Part shown: positions 1 to 13,936 of the stretch, piece after piece | Layout: each line of letters opens with the position of its first letter | How positions within the stretch are numbered: the stretch's first letter is position 1 | Assembly (NCBI GenBank): GCA_012295275.1 | Contig: CM022678.1 | Span: forward strand, 17,918,001-17,982,000 | Origin: Chrysomallon squamiferum | Taxonomy: Eukaryota > Animalia > Mollusca | Reading direction: 5' to 3' | DNA: 64,000 bases | Position numbers and translations under genes: made by a program | The notes under the pieces: model-generated | Told to the model about the DNA's origin: nothing | What the model saw: the letters and a program-made list of their open reading frames with translations, nothing else | The model's database searches: none

Positions 1-86
1 TTATAAGTTTCTACATTTTAAAACAAAAGAAGAAGGACCATCATAAGTTATGAGTATTTTAAAATATTTAACTTTTCTGTTACCAG

Positions 87-374
87 ACTGGAACTGTCAG
101 CCTTCACACAGTGTCACTGTTCCTGTGATGACAGACACACTAAAATACATTGGAGATGGATGTACTTTAGGTGTTGTCTATAGTTTCTATTGTCTGCAGT
201 CTCTCAATTTTCGTGGTTGGTTTAATACACATTTTTTGTAAATAAAACAATGTATCAGGTTGTAATTTTAAAATATATGAATCTTAATAACTAGTTAATC
301 AACATATTTCATATTATAATATTAGGTTTGGTTTTCTTTTTTGGTTTTTAATAATATATGTTTTCAAATATTTT

Positions 375-434
<60 letters not shown>

Positions 435-822
435 AGATGCATATATAACTACAAAGGTAAATAAAATAACGACTTGTTTTTCAGAAACTGCTCTGTATAT
501 AAGATGAGCTAATTCTGTGAGCTCACCACAGGAGAGAAATGTCATCAAAGAATATGGCAAAACAGTTATAGTAATTATAATAATATTAGTATAAAGAAAT
601 ACAGGCATAGGAGTGATAATGAAGAGAGTAAAAAATCACTTTTATTATTAATGGATAGAAATTTTAGCAATAGGAGTATTATTTTAATAACAGTAACCCT
701 AGTTGAATAATGAATAATAATAAATATTAATTACAGTAATGATGGTTTTAAAAGTAGCATGTAGTATTGCACTAAATGTAGTGGTAGCATTATTTTATTT
801 ATTTTATATTTTTTACAATATT

Positions 823-865
<43 letters not shown>

Positions 866-3800
866 CTCAAACTAGGCAATGCACCCACCAATGTGACTCT
901 GACTCAGAGTTGTTCAAAGTTCTGCTGATGAAGAGCTAAATTTTGGTGACCTGGATGTTGAAGCCGACCTCATCAACAATTCTTAAGTTGGAGAGTCTTA
1001 CACCAGGTCACCAGTCTCAACAGTCAAATATCAGGGAGAAAAAACTTGAAAAACTTAAACATGCTAAAACCAGGCGAAGAGAAACACTGTGCATGGCAAA
1101 GACAAAAGCCTGGAAGTTAAGCAACAGGTGACTTAGAATACTTCCATTAGCATTGTTTTATTTCTTTTTAGCTTATATTTGTAATAGGAGTAGTCAAAAC
1201 AGTTTCATTTTTAACTCACAAAAATTCAGCTAAGAAGTACATGGTTAAAGGAGTGATGTTCAGTTATTCATGAAATCAGTTCATAAAGAAAAACTAATCT
1301 ATATTAATTTTGTTTAATGTGTTTCTGAATGAAAAATTCTTCTTTAGCTTTAATTATGTGATTCAAATTCATCTTTATTTTAGACATATTTGCTATCTCT
1401 GTAATCTATTTAAATTTAATTAATATTTTATTTTTAATATTTACTTTATTTTATATATTTATTTTTTAAAATACTGACATTCAAAACTTCTCTGCGTGTA
1501 GATCATAAACATTTAAATTAATAGCAGATATAGATCTGACCTTCATTCCATTGAAGAATCTAACTACCAGAAGTAATTATTTTAGATTTGGTACTAAATG
1601 TCTTTCTTTCATTTTTATTTATGAGATATATTCCTGCCACAGTTTTAGGCTCATCATAAATAATTATTAGTAGCCAGGATGCCTGCCAAAATAGTCTGCT
1701 AGATCATTGTAGAAGTTCAAGAAGAAAGAGGAAATAAAAGAGAGAAATATACTCAGTGAATATAGATATAACAAACTGTAAGCTGGAAACAATTTTGAGT
1801 TTGTTAATTGTGGCTAATCCAGCTTTACTTCCAAAATTGCTAAATTAGTAATCTTGTTTTGCAAACATAATTGTGCAAGCTGAAAATAAATCTCTTTCTA
1901 GTTTTGTAGGCAATTATGACAAAAAAGACCTGAAGATGACAAATTCTTCTGATACTCTTACTAGCCAGTCAGAGCAAGTCAATAAAGGAGAAACATATTC
2001 TGAAGTAAGTGGTATCAATATATTTTATAATAATAAATAATAGTAATGTGTTTAAGTACATATGTACATATACATATGAATGCAGGGCTTGTAATGGCCA
2101 GTCATCAAATGCTACCAAAGTTCTGTTTGGGTTACTGGGATGTTAAAAAAATGATGAGTTAGTTTCTGAAGAATATTTTTGAATCTTACTTCAGAGGTTA
2201 ATACATGTCTTCCTTTACTTACAAGCTGAAATATGAGTATGTTTTCTTTGGGCTACCAAAAACAAATTAGGGCCACCAAATGTTTTTCAGATGAGTTTTG
2301 AGCCTTGTATGTATTTATGTATGTATTAATGTACATGTGTGTGTGTGTTACGTTGGTAAAATATTGTATAGCAATTAAATATATGGACGGAATAACAGTG
2401 AATCGTATAAACAATGCTGTGCTTTAGAAATCATTTGTAAGTGACATCCAAACCATTTGGTTATTAGCTCCCATGAAGAAACAGCAAAATGCACAGCTGC
2501 TTCCTAATGGGAAAGGTGGGTTATTACACTGTTCTCAGCAAACTGATGTTTGTTACTGTACATTGGCAGGACGTCTGCATGATAGGTATTATTTCTGTCC
2601 AACCCATTCTTCTCCAGATTTTACATTAATCATACTGGTTGTTAATACACACTCATTATTGTTAAAAAAGTGATTTTAGTACTATTTGTGTTGTGTTCTT
2701 TCTCATTCAGTCTTAGCACATTTTCTTAATTTAATAGAATATAAACCAAAATCTATTTTTTTAAATATTTTATCTGCAGATTTTAAACCTAGTCTGTTTA
2801 TTTAACAATCAAGCTAATTGATTTTGAGCAAACAATAAACAACAACACCAACAGCAACAAAATAATAAAATGCCAAGAATAAACAAAGCAATAATATAAC
2901 AAAATTAATAAGTTAAGTTAAATAAAAATTAAAATGGGAAATAAAAAATTTCTATCTAGCAAATAATGTAGCATTCTCTTCATTTTGTTCCTAGTCTGGG
3001 ATAGGTTAAAAATAGAGTTGTTAAGCCAGGAAATCTAATATTTAGTTCAGTTGATAGGTTGAGAAAATTCTTTGATATACTCATTTGTATCTACCATTTT
3101 CCTAGTATAGTGGAACAAAAAAAAAACACAAACAAATTATGACTTAGAAAATGAATCTTTACATGTTAAAACTTGAACTTACTGTAACGGTTATCAGACA
3201 TTTACTATTTGAAAAGTAAACATAAATAATGTAATTACGATATGTTTGTTTATGTTCTTTGGTCTGGTTACAGGATCATCCTATTATTATAAGTAGATCG
3301 GATTGAAATGATCTACAGTTTGTAATAGTCTGAATGATTCTAACTAATAGTATATAAGCCCAGCATGCTGTCAAAAAGTCTTATGTTTATAACAGAAAAT
3401 TACAATTATGATAAATTAGTTAATCATATTAGAAAATTCTACCAGATTTTTTAAATACTTTTTGTTCTATATTTGTTTATTTAGACAAATCTGGCTAAAT
3501 AGTAGAAAACAGTGACTTGTATTGTACATGTAACAAGATAGTTGTTTAAATATAGCTATCGTACCACCAGCACAAACTTTGGATGTCCACCATTTGAGAG
3601 GATTTTCTTGACCAGCTTGGGTTAAAAGACACAGAAAGACCTTTCAGGTAAGTCAGATACAACACAGATCAGTAGATTTTATACTTGTAGTTTGATATTT
3701 TTAAATGTTTTTAATTATTATTTTTGCAGGGAGAGAGGAAGGGATATTAATTATGGTTCTTTGGGGTGGTTTTAGTGAATAAAAATCGAATTTTAAATAA

Positions 3801-5205
3801 TTATTTAAAAATATGTAATAGAAACATGAGTAGTAATAATATCAACAGCAACAACCACCACCACAACAACAATAAATCTAATAATAATTAAAATAAAACA
3901 AACCTGTAAAAACCAGTACTTACTTTCTTGATTCTGTTTTATGCCCCAGAATCAATTCAGTTTCCTTGTCAGTGTTGCAGTATTGTATGATTGTCTGCAT
4001 TATTTTGTTCAAGATTCTAATATATATATATATTTTTTTTTTTGTGAATTAATTATATCATCTCATGCAAAATGTTAGCAATAAATTATTATTAATTAAT
4101 TAGAATTCTATGCTGTCCCAGAAACGTAATGCAATATGTAAACAAAATGATTGAATTCACATACCTAGTGCAGAATGACATTAACATTTTGTTATGAGGA
4201 CTGCAAAGCATTGGTGTCTACTATGATATAGTTATCATGTGTCACTGTAAATTATTTTTTAGTTTCTAAACATTTATACACATTATTGGGATTCAGTAAC
4301 ATTTCTCAAAAATAATCAATTGCCCTTTATTGTGGGATTTTTGACAACTAATTATAGCAAGTCTGGTTACACCTTGCTCAATATCTCAGTTTCAAGGTGG
4401 TATTAAATGCATTTCTATCTGGGTTTTTTGGTTAGTCTTCTGATTGTGTAATCTTGTCTGCACTGTGTATACTGAATCCCACAATACAGGTTTGAGCAAA
4501 CAACTGATTAAAACGTATAATTACATGTAACATGACATGATATCTTCAGTCCTAGTTTTCAGTTATGTCTATTGAAATCATGTAGAGTTTTTGCATGTAT
4601 ACGCATTTTATTTATACTGACATTTTATATTATGCTGAGGTTTCCTTATTTCAGTCATTGCAGACATTAGTTAAATTAGTTCAGGAAACACATTTTATGT
4701 TCAGCAGTTCATGTTGCATCCATCATTTTCCTTAACTAGCAAAATATCAGCAATATCCAGATTTGTTTCCCCATTAGGACAGCTGTCTCAACTGTATATT
4801 TTTATTTCAGTTGCGCAAACTTTCAGATGAAGAAATCAAAGTAACTAAATTTTTATTCTGCATTTATTGAGAATTTTACTTAAAGATGTAATTTATTTGT
4901 GATTTTAGATTAATGATATATCTTTGTGATGTTTCAATGTGATAAACAATACTTATGTGAAACAAGATTTTTTATTCAGTTAGAGTAGGTTCTTTGTTTT
5001 GGACAGGGTGTATGCTTTTTGATTTGATTAAATACAGTAATAATTCTTCTTTTTCCACATTTAGGTTTAACTTATTATACTAGTTGAGTTTAGTCTGAAA
5101 ATAAAATAACAAGCTTATGAAAACAGATAGAGGCCTGATATTTTCTTATTTCAAAAAGTCATTTTTTAGATAGACATGCTATAAATCAAACAACATACAC
5201 ATTCA

Positions 5206-5248
<43 letters not shown>

Positions 5249-6278
5249 TATATGTTAAGCTATATCCTCAGTCTATCAGGAATTTTATGTTTCCTATTGA
5301 CAAAATGATGTCAGAACTAATAAAATTATGATCATTGTTTTATAAACATACATTATTATTTTCAGTGTAATATCACTTGAATGTTTTTACATTAGCTTTT
5401 GATTGTGTGTATATATATATATTACGGTTTATTTTTGGTATCTTAAACAGACTGAGTTCCTAAGTCTATTACTGGCCTTCAAGGTGGACAAGTTAACTCA
5501 AGAGCAAAGAAATGAGATTCAAGAAAGGGCAAGGAACATTGCTGAAAACAATGTGGACAAAGAACTAGGAAATGTCAGTATTTACTGAATAACTTCAGAT
5601 CTTTAATCACATATATTTATAGCAAATGAAGAAACCAATATACTAAACTGTGGATTTAGAAGTTAAATCAGCTTGTTAAGGAAAAACAATTCTAAAAATT
5701 GTTTCTAAAAAACAAACTCTGATTGACATTTTGGAACAAAGAGCAGCTTGAGTCTCCAGTAGAGTTGAAGTATTTGGTGCTGTCCAGCAGGTATTTAAAT
5801 ACAATATTCATTGTAAACTTTTCCATTTTATTTCAGTTTTAAATAATTCATCAGTCTTTCACAAAATTCTATGCAAAATATTTTCTCTATCTTTCTGCTG
5901 TCTTCTTACTTCATTTTACTTATTTTTATATTTGTTTATTTTTTGTTTATTTATATATAAAAGTAGTAATAATTAATAACAAGTATAATCAGTTCAAATA
6001 TAATTGTGTGTTTTTGTAGGAGATGAGACTCAGTTGTACAATGGAAGTAACTCATGTTGAGAACGTTAGTGTTGATCACATAAGAAAGATCAAACAGTGA
6101 GTTGATGCATTTACACTGTCTTTTCTTTTTCCGTTCACCTGTTTAACTGACAAAGATGATAATGATATTTATATAGAAATTGAGGTGAATTGAAAGATCT
6201 TAAGAATTTATTCATATCTTTGTTGTCATTCATGTACTTAATTAAGGATGACATTGTGTTTGGGGCTTTTTGTTGTTG

Positions 6279-6318
<40 letters not shown>

Positions 6319-7334
6319 CATTCACAATAATTATTTAATTTCAGGAAACGGTAAATGTCAGTGGAAAAGCCTTTTGGCAGCAATTTTACAGAAATAGGTA
6401 ATGTTATTAGCAATTCTTAGTCAACAATCTATGAATTTTACAAATTTAATAACTGACAATTAATTATTAAATATGATTGTAAAGTAAAATGCAATTTTGT
6501 ATTAGTTACTTAACTTTAAACAATTTAAAAGGTGAAAGTTGCAGTATTTTTTTGTTTTAAATTTGTTGTAGTCATTTGTGGTGTTTTGGTTTTTTTTTGC
6601 AACTGTTTATTTTGATTTTTTTGCTCCAGGTTCTGAAAGATCCATGTCTATGTGTGGATTGAATGCTGCTCTAAAGGTATGTTTTATTCATTCACTTTTG
6701 TGTTTTATAGCTCATTTGATTAAGAATGAATTTAATCAACAATTTATTTTAATGTACAGAATAGTATTGATAATTTTATATAAATGTTTCATAAAGGATC
6801 TTGATATTGTAAATGTCATTTAGTTTAGATAGTAGTCAAATCAATGTAATAATGGTTCATGCAACAACAAACCTTGTAATAATTTGCATGTCAGCCTAAT
6901 AGAGTAGTGAACAGAACAGTTGTATAAATATGTAATTTGATGTTACTAATATCTGACTCTAATCTGAAATACATTTAATACTTTATGTGGTAGGGCTAAA
7001 GATATTTATTGCTATTTTTATTATTAAAATTGTATGGAAGAAACAAAAATGTGGACTAAAAATGTTCTTGCTAAGACAGTGAAATGCAGTTAGAACTGAC
7101 AACAAAACTACTGCTTGCACTTTATTTTATGTTTAGTTTATTAATGAATATTATATTTTGTTGTAGGATCCTAGGCAACAGATTCAAGCTGCCTCAGCCA
7201 GCACTTCAGTTGAAAATGTTGTAAGACACATTTTCAGAAAAGGTTAACTAAAGCACCAGAATGCTATTACATCACAGTCTTCCCTGTCCAGAGAAAGCGC
7301 AACACTTTCAAAAGAAAATCTGTCTGAAATGTAA
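87..7334 (+). pseudogene. Multi-exon, probably unprocessed pseudogene of an unidentified protein. Exon-like blocks: 87-170, 437-456, ~876-1128, ~1910-2004, ~3485-3647, 4811-4840, 5451-5573, 6020-6096, 6345-6397, 6630-6676, 7167-7334. The 5' part probably lies outside the window.
   Basis: Blocks are flanked by polypyrimidine-AG acceptors and GT donors. Phases chain correctly from 4811 onward (LRKLSDEEIK|TEFLSLLLAFKVDKLTQEQRNEIQERARNIAENNVDKELGN|EMRLSCTMEVTHVENVSVDHIRKIKQ|KR*MSVEKPFGSNFTEIG|SERSMSMCGLNAALK|DPRQQIQAAS...RKG*). There is an in-frame TAA in exon 6345-6397, and stops or frameshifts in the upstream blocks. Confidence 0.55.
2083..2307. mobile_element. Degenerate hAT-like MITE in an intron
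   Basis: Starts CAGGGCTT and ends GAGCCTTG, an imperfect CAGGGCTC/GAGCCCTG terminal inverted repeat. Flanks TATGAATG and TATGTATT resemble a decayed 8-bp target-site duplication. Confidence 0.4.
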
Positions 7335-7527
7335 TTTGTAACTCAGTGATCTCCAAGAGACTGCATTGTCAGTGTGATCAGAACATCCAGTGTACACATT
7401 GTACTTCATAGCAGCTTGCTCTGTTTTTATCATTGATACGTGCTTGGTTATTCTAAATAACCTAAAATTAATGTGATAGTGCATAGAGGTGTTAATTTTT
7501 ATAATGATCTTATTTTTATATTATTTA

Positions 7528-7920
7528 ATTCAGGGGAAATTCAAGGTTTTGCAGGGGTAAAAAATGAGTTTAAATATATTTAAAATTATGTAATCATTGT
7601 GTACATATTTCTAAAATTGTTTAATTAGGGGTAATTAGATTTTTTATAAAAAAAAAAATGAAATCTAGAATTTTTTATAAAAACAAAATCCATTTTTTCT
7701 TTATATTATTTAAATCAGGGGAGATCAACGGTTTAGGGGTAATTAATGTAAATATAATTGAATATTATGTAATTAGGGGTAATTATAACTTTTTGCGTAA
7801 AAAACCCCCAAATAATTTTTTTTTTTTTATAGTATTTAAAACAGGGCTAAATCAAGGGTTTGTTGTGGGTAATTAGTGTAAATATAATTGAAGCTTTACT
7901 AATTAGAGGTAATTTGAATT
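7528..7920. repeat. Three degenerate tandem copies of a ~130-180 bp unit
   Basis: CAGGGG..ATCAA.GGTTT..GGGGTAATTA.TGTAAATATAATTGAA..TAATTAGGGGTAATT-like units recur at about 7530, 7715 and 7842. Confidence 0.5.
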
Positions 7921-8540
7921 TTTTAATAATAATAATAATATATTTTTAATGTAAACTGTTAATTAAATTGAACTTTTGATTGCATTGACCATGACTTTGC
8001 TATTTTTAATTAGAAGAAACATGATGATCTTCAAGTTGAAATTACTTAAAAACCTGTCTAGATAATAAAACTTAAATATTCAGTTATTTTTGTTTAGACA
8101 TTTCTGCCAGTTTTTATAATTTGCCTTTCCCATTTTAGAATTATTTCAATAAGGAATCTTTAAAAAAAATAAATAAATAAATAAATAAAAGAAAATAATA
8201 TTAATCTCTTTAAAAAATTAAGTACAATTTTGTATTTAATATGTTTCCAACCAGAATGAAAATTAAAGCTGGTTTGTTTGTTATTATTTCTTAATTAATT
8301 ACTGTAAAATTCCTATTTTGCAGAAAACTTTTTTTTTCGATTTGTCCCTTGAGTAAAAACAATGAATTTTTCTATATACACTATAAATCTCGAGCTTTTC
8401 TAACAATGCATTATAATAATGAATTAATGTGACATATGTCTTTAAGATTTTTTATCATGAACCCATTTCACTTTTATTTGATGTCACAGACTGTCATAAT
8501 GAAGCCATAATCAAGCAAATTAAATTTTAAATCTTTTAAA

Positions 8541-8583
<43 letters not shown>

Positions 8584-9048
8584 GACATAGATAATTTCAT
8601 TTTCATTTTCTTTAAAATAAAAATTACTGCAAATCTGTTTTAAAAAATACTTGGTTTTAATAGTGCTAAAATTATTTTTTTAATCTTATTAATTTCAGCT
8701 ATTTTCAAGTATCTTTCAATGTTAATACAACAATTTAAAATCGGGACAATAATATAATAATAAATCATTAAAATAATCCAATTAATAATTCTGTTTTTTA
8801 TCTCTATTTTTATATCATTTTTCTGTGTTTTTTGTGAAAGATAACAACAAACAAAACACTTGGAACTTGTATTTACAAGGACACTGTCTTTCACATACAG
8901 CAGTTATTTGACAACAAAAACATTAACTCTTTCTCACAGATAACATGTACGTACCAACTCATCCTTTCACATTCACATCTGTCTCTCTATGTCTGCAACA
9001 ATTTCTCCTGCCATGCCCTCTGGAAAAATACAAAACACAAATTTCCTT

Positions 9049-9098
<50 letters not shown>

Positions 9099-10374
9099 CT
9101 GTTTCTCTACCAATCCAATATTTCTATACAACTTCAACAATTTCTTTATGTACATCTCCCTAACAGTTTATATACTTTCTGTGTATCTCCTATAAAACTA
9201 GTTTCAATGTCATATGTTCATTTTAAATTTAATTATTTTAAATTACTTTTGCAATTAATTTTCTATCATTTATGAAAATAAAAAGGTTAAATAAAAAAGA
9301 TAATGTTAAATAAACAATAGAGGAAAAGGTGAACATTTTGAAATGAATATAAAAAAATACCGATAATTTCACTTAGTTACATTTTATTCTACTAGGAGAA
9401 ATCTTACAAAGTTAGTAAGTTACATCATAGAAAACATGCCTGTCCTCCTGAACTGGTGTTTTATGAGATACGAGGATATTTTTAGTTAGCTAGAAGAAAT
9501 ATATCGTTTGTTTCATCCGATTAAAATATAACAATAATATCTTTACTATCAAGTACATCTTAATGTTTCTTCGGTTATCAATAAAATCTCACCAGAAACT
9601 TTTAAAATATCAGTCTGAACTGATTTATTTAATTTTTGTAAACACAACAAAAACTACAATAATACTAATTAAAATGATAAATAAAATAATAATTAAGAAA
9701 GACTACTGAAACAAGGGAAAAAGAAAAAAGTCAGAAAGGAAATAAAATGATTATTTTTTATACTATATCATGATATTTTTGACTGAACCTCAGTTTATTC
9801 ATGGAGATCTGAAATCTTATTTGTTTATAGAACATAAACTCTGTCCAGTGTCACAAATTATATCTAGAAAAATACATTAAACGTCAAAATTTCGTGTTTC
9901 AGTAATTACTCCAATACGAATTTTATCATGACTCGACACTGATTTTGGAAGAAAAAACTGGCAAAAAGATTTTTTTTTTTTTTTTTTTGATGAAACACGT
10001 GTTATCCAGACAGTCGGCTACACGTCTGCACAGCCCGACTTGTCTTCACAAGTTTCACTCAAACGTTTCTTCACAAAACACTTGCCGTTGTACAGGACGA
10101 AAAGTACAACATTTCTTAAAATATACTTAATAAATATTAATTACCAGAACACTAATTAAAAGCACAATCTGTGGTGTAATTAATGAAATTCACCTTCATC
10201 TTTCTCCACCTCACTGACACCAGCTTAGAAAAAGTATATTTGTAAAATATACCCAACGCTTTGCCAGGAATTTAAAAATGATACTTTCTTCTATTACCAC
10301 TTCTGTCAGGAAGAGAAAAAACAACAACACGAAAACACCCCACGAAAAAACAGTATTCGATCTTAAACATTACT

Positions 10375-11505
10375 GGTGTGATTTTACTATTAACACATGT
10401 TTCACTGAAAAGCTAAGTAGGTGTAATTTTACTCGACGTTATGAAAATAAGAACCGCCATCACTATTTACGTTACATGTTTTATGTTTGTTAACAGAGGC
10501 GTAGCGGTAATAGTATGTATTAAAAACATGAATCTGGAAATCTAACTCGCTATATTTCTCAGTTTCTAAATTATTCGAGTCGAATATAAGCCAAGTATCA
10601 ACTCGTCAGCTACTGTTCAAAAAAGGGTACATAACTCTGTATTTCCCTGCAGCCTTTTATGGGTGGTTTTTTTCAATTCGCAGTTTCAGAGATTTAGTTT
10701 TAACTGTAGAAAAATGTGACATTTTATATTTTCATACCTACATAATACCTTATAATAAATGTAAGCCATAATTTTATTTTTTTATTATTATTATTATTAT
10801 TCATTGAGCTTCTCAAATAAATATCCGGCTCATTTTCACCTTTTTATTTTTATGTAAACAAAAATATAAATAAATACAAAAATACAACATCATGTTTTGT
10901 TTCTCAATAAAAAGGATATCTCCAGGTTACTTGTCTGTGTGAAGCTATAGCTACGTCATAAAATACATTGACATCCAGACTGGAGCGATGATGTTAACGT
11001 TTGAAGTGTTATTGATATTGAGAAGTAAAGAAATCGAATAAAGATTAAAATTTTCTTTTCTTTATATTACTATTGCTGTTGTTGTTGTTGTCGTTGTTGT
11101 ATGATCTTTTTGGTGTTTTTTTTAATGTTTATACTGTAGCACTATAGTAAACACTATAGGTGTGATTTTTACTGTGGAAATACTGTATACATTCAGAAAT
11201 GTAGATTGGGATTACTATTGCTGCTGTCGTTGTTGTTTTATGTTTATACTGTAGCATTATAGTAAACATTACAGGTGTGATTTTACAGGTGTGGTTCCAG
11301 ATTAGCTTATCTTTATAAACAACTGTAGAATTATATGTGAATATCGAGAACGCTTCCATACTAATGTGATATTTTATTAACAGAACTTGTTTCACAGATG
11401 CAAGTAGTAATTTTACAGGCGTTACAACTTCATCCGCCATCACTATTTATGTTACATGTTTTATGTTTTAAACAGAGGCGTAGCGGTAATATTATGTTTT
11501 GAAAA
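10375..11505. repeat. Pair of ~150-bp direct repeats about 1 kb apart (10375-10527 and ~11365-11505)
   Basis: Both copies share CCGCCATCACTATTTA[C/T]GTTACATGTTTTATGTTT..AACAGAGGCGTAGCGGTAATA.TATGT. Confidence 0.75.
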
Positions 11506-11599
11506 ATAGAGGTATTGTTTTTTTAATTAACAATATTAGATAATTTTATATAAATAAATAAATAAATATTCAGCTTAATTTTTCATTAACAGGTAAAAC

Positions 11600-11750
11600 G
11601 TATCTAACAAGTTGAATAATGAATCCACGTTTATCAGTCACTTTTTTATTATTAAGATAGCAGAATTGCAGTTGAGAGGTGAGAGGCTAGATTAAGATGA
11701 ATTAACTTCACCATGTTATTGATATTTGCAAGTGCATCTTTCTTAAATAC
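11600..11750 (-). pseudogene. Decayed leucine-rich-repeat fragment (last LRR plus LRRCT cap)
   Basis: Minus-strand translation with one frameshift reads VFKKDALANINNMVKLIHLNLASH/LNCNSAILIIKK*LINV. This resembles LxxLxLxxNPxxCxCxxxxxxxWL, with TGA at the conserved Trp position. Confidence 0.35.
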
Positions 11751-13003
11751 TAGAAAAATGTAGAATATAGAGAAACATTAATAGACGTTTTGTTATTAAA
11801 AGTAAAGTGAAAAGGCGAGGATGCGCGAGATGAATCTTGTTTATTATAACACAAGTTCTGTAAATATACTGAGCTATTACAGATTAATTCTTAATTAACT
11901 GTAGAAAGTGATATTCTATTATCTCCCCTATAATCTATATATAAGCTATATATAAAAGTAAAATATTACGGTTCTTTCGCTGAATTTAAATGTATTAGTA
12001 TAAACAGGTCTGGTTGAAGCAAATAAACTATAAATATTGTTGTTCAGTTCCATTATAAGTGGTAAACAGCGTTAATCATTATAATAAGAACATTTTTTTT
12101 TGTTTCATTACTGCAATACAAAGGACATTTCAGTTGCCGTTTACAGGGACAAATATATAAATGTATTAACATTAATGTTAATATCTAAGATCCTTCAGTA
12201 TTTTAGGCATACACAGAACCTCTCCCACTGAGATAAAATATCATCGCTGCTTTATTATCAATGTTTTCTGCAGAGTTTATCATTTCTTTTACTGAAGTTT
12301 TAATTACAGCGACACCTGCACTTATCACTGTAATCTGAGAGGTAGATAGGTAGGTGGATAGACATATAGACAGACAGATAGATGGAGAGTGAGACAGACA
12401 GACATATATAGAGAGAAATCCATAGACAGACATACATACACACAGACAGATAGAAAAACCCAAATCTGAACTGAATAATTAAAATGACCAATAAAAGAAA
12501 AGTTGCGAAAAGCGAGGTTAATGTGATATTATATAATAATGCATGTTCAAAAAAGTTCTTACAAGTTCATTTGCCTATATATTATAAAATGTCTATCTAT
12601 CTCTATGTCCATCAATGTATCTATCTATTATTTAACATAACGTAGTATATATATATACATAAACACCGTCTCTCTGATATGAACTTACGTATATAACTAT
12701 CCTCTAACGCAAACACATACACCAAACTATTTCTTTTTTATGTGTGTGTGTCTGTGTCTCTGTTTATTTGTTGATAATTGTTTCTTTCTTTATAATGACG
12801 ACTGTAATACTGACATAACGACATTAACGACAAAAACAACAATACTGATTGCAATAATACTACTTAAAATGATAAATAAAATAGTAATTCTGACCCACAT
12901 TCATGAGTAGTTTGGTCCTCAAATTTGTTGTACTGATTATTGCTTACTACAAATAATAATTAGTCCTAATCATAATACAAGTCAAATTCAAAACTTCAAT
13001 AAA

Positions 13004-13410
13004 CTAAACTCCTTGACAAATATCACACAAGAATATAATATCTTTAAAGTCTGCACCAGCTGGGATTTCAAGATTTGCGCAAGAATCAAGACAATACCAA
13101 TTTGGGAACCCGTCACATCCCATGAACTCGTCAGAATTCATTCCATCATCAACTCTGCCACAGAATTCTTCTTCATACCTCTTGTCTATCTACCTCATCT
13201 TGTCTTCTAGTTCAGGCTTTCTTTTTCTTTCGAGCATTCAAATTGAACTGCCGTTTTGATTTGGTATCTTCTATTTGTTTTTATGTAATTTTGCCTCTAA
13301 AATATTTGGTTTTCTTTCTCCTTCTTCTTCATACCTCTTGACACTTTCTTCTTCTGTCGACATACCTCATCCTTTTGATTTTATTGCCCCAAGTGGTGGA
13401 GTAAAATGAA
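13004..13410 (-). mobile_element. Fossil DNA-transposase C-terminus: K/E-rich helix plus degenerate PHD finger (pogo/DDE-1-like)
   Basis: One minus-strand frame reads ..GMSTEEESVKRYEEEGERKP..(several stops)..FCGRVDDGMNSDEFMGCDGFPNWYCLDSCANLEIPAGADFKDIIFLCDICQGV*. The GCDxxxxWYxxxC...FxCxxC pattern is PHD-like, and the stretch is intronless. Confidence 0.5.
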
Positions 13411-13731
13411 AAGCATATTTCTTGTCTAATTATCACATATTAATCAAGTTTCTTCTGCTGAACTTAAAAACCGATTATATGTTTACCTGTTATAATTTAT
13501 CATTAACCTTATGTCTATAGGACTAAAAAGTAACACTCACTTTTGAAACCTCAAAATGCAGTATAGCGGATGCAAGTCATCATATACCTCGGAGGCCACA
13601 ATTGCCCTGAGGCCAGAATTACCCCAACTACTAGTTTTATATAAAATAATTTTAGTGAATTTAGTAAATTCAGTGAACGATCTATATTCAGGCGACTGGA
13701 ATTATTATTATTTTTTTTTTATTTATTTATT

Positions 13732-13781
<50 letters not shown>

Positions 13782-13936
13782 CAACACTCAGTCTTTTTTG
13801 TATATTTACCAACGTGCGTGTTAAATAGAGTTGTTCCTCTTAGACCATGAACTTCTGAAATAGATTACTCCTCGCATATGCGAGGTGACGTTAAATTAGA
13901 TTTGCTGCTTTTAGATGAAAATAATCAATTCTGTAT

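Noticed and set aside
6345-6397. Rescue of pseudogene stops by A-to-I editing (stop to Trp)
   Set aside because: The upstream exons also need frameshift repair, which editing cannot supply. Simple decay is more parsimonious.
13556-13632. GC-richer hairpin-like stretch as a possible snRNA or tRNA
   Set aside because: It does not match the U1/U4 snRNA or tRNA patterns I can recognise. An Infernal/Rfam search would be needed.
13870-13885. Perfect 16-bp palindrome CCTCGCATATGCGAGG as a Helitron 3' hairpin or terminator
   Set aside because: There is no CTRR end at the expected distance, and the adjacent gap prevents assessment.
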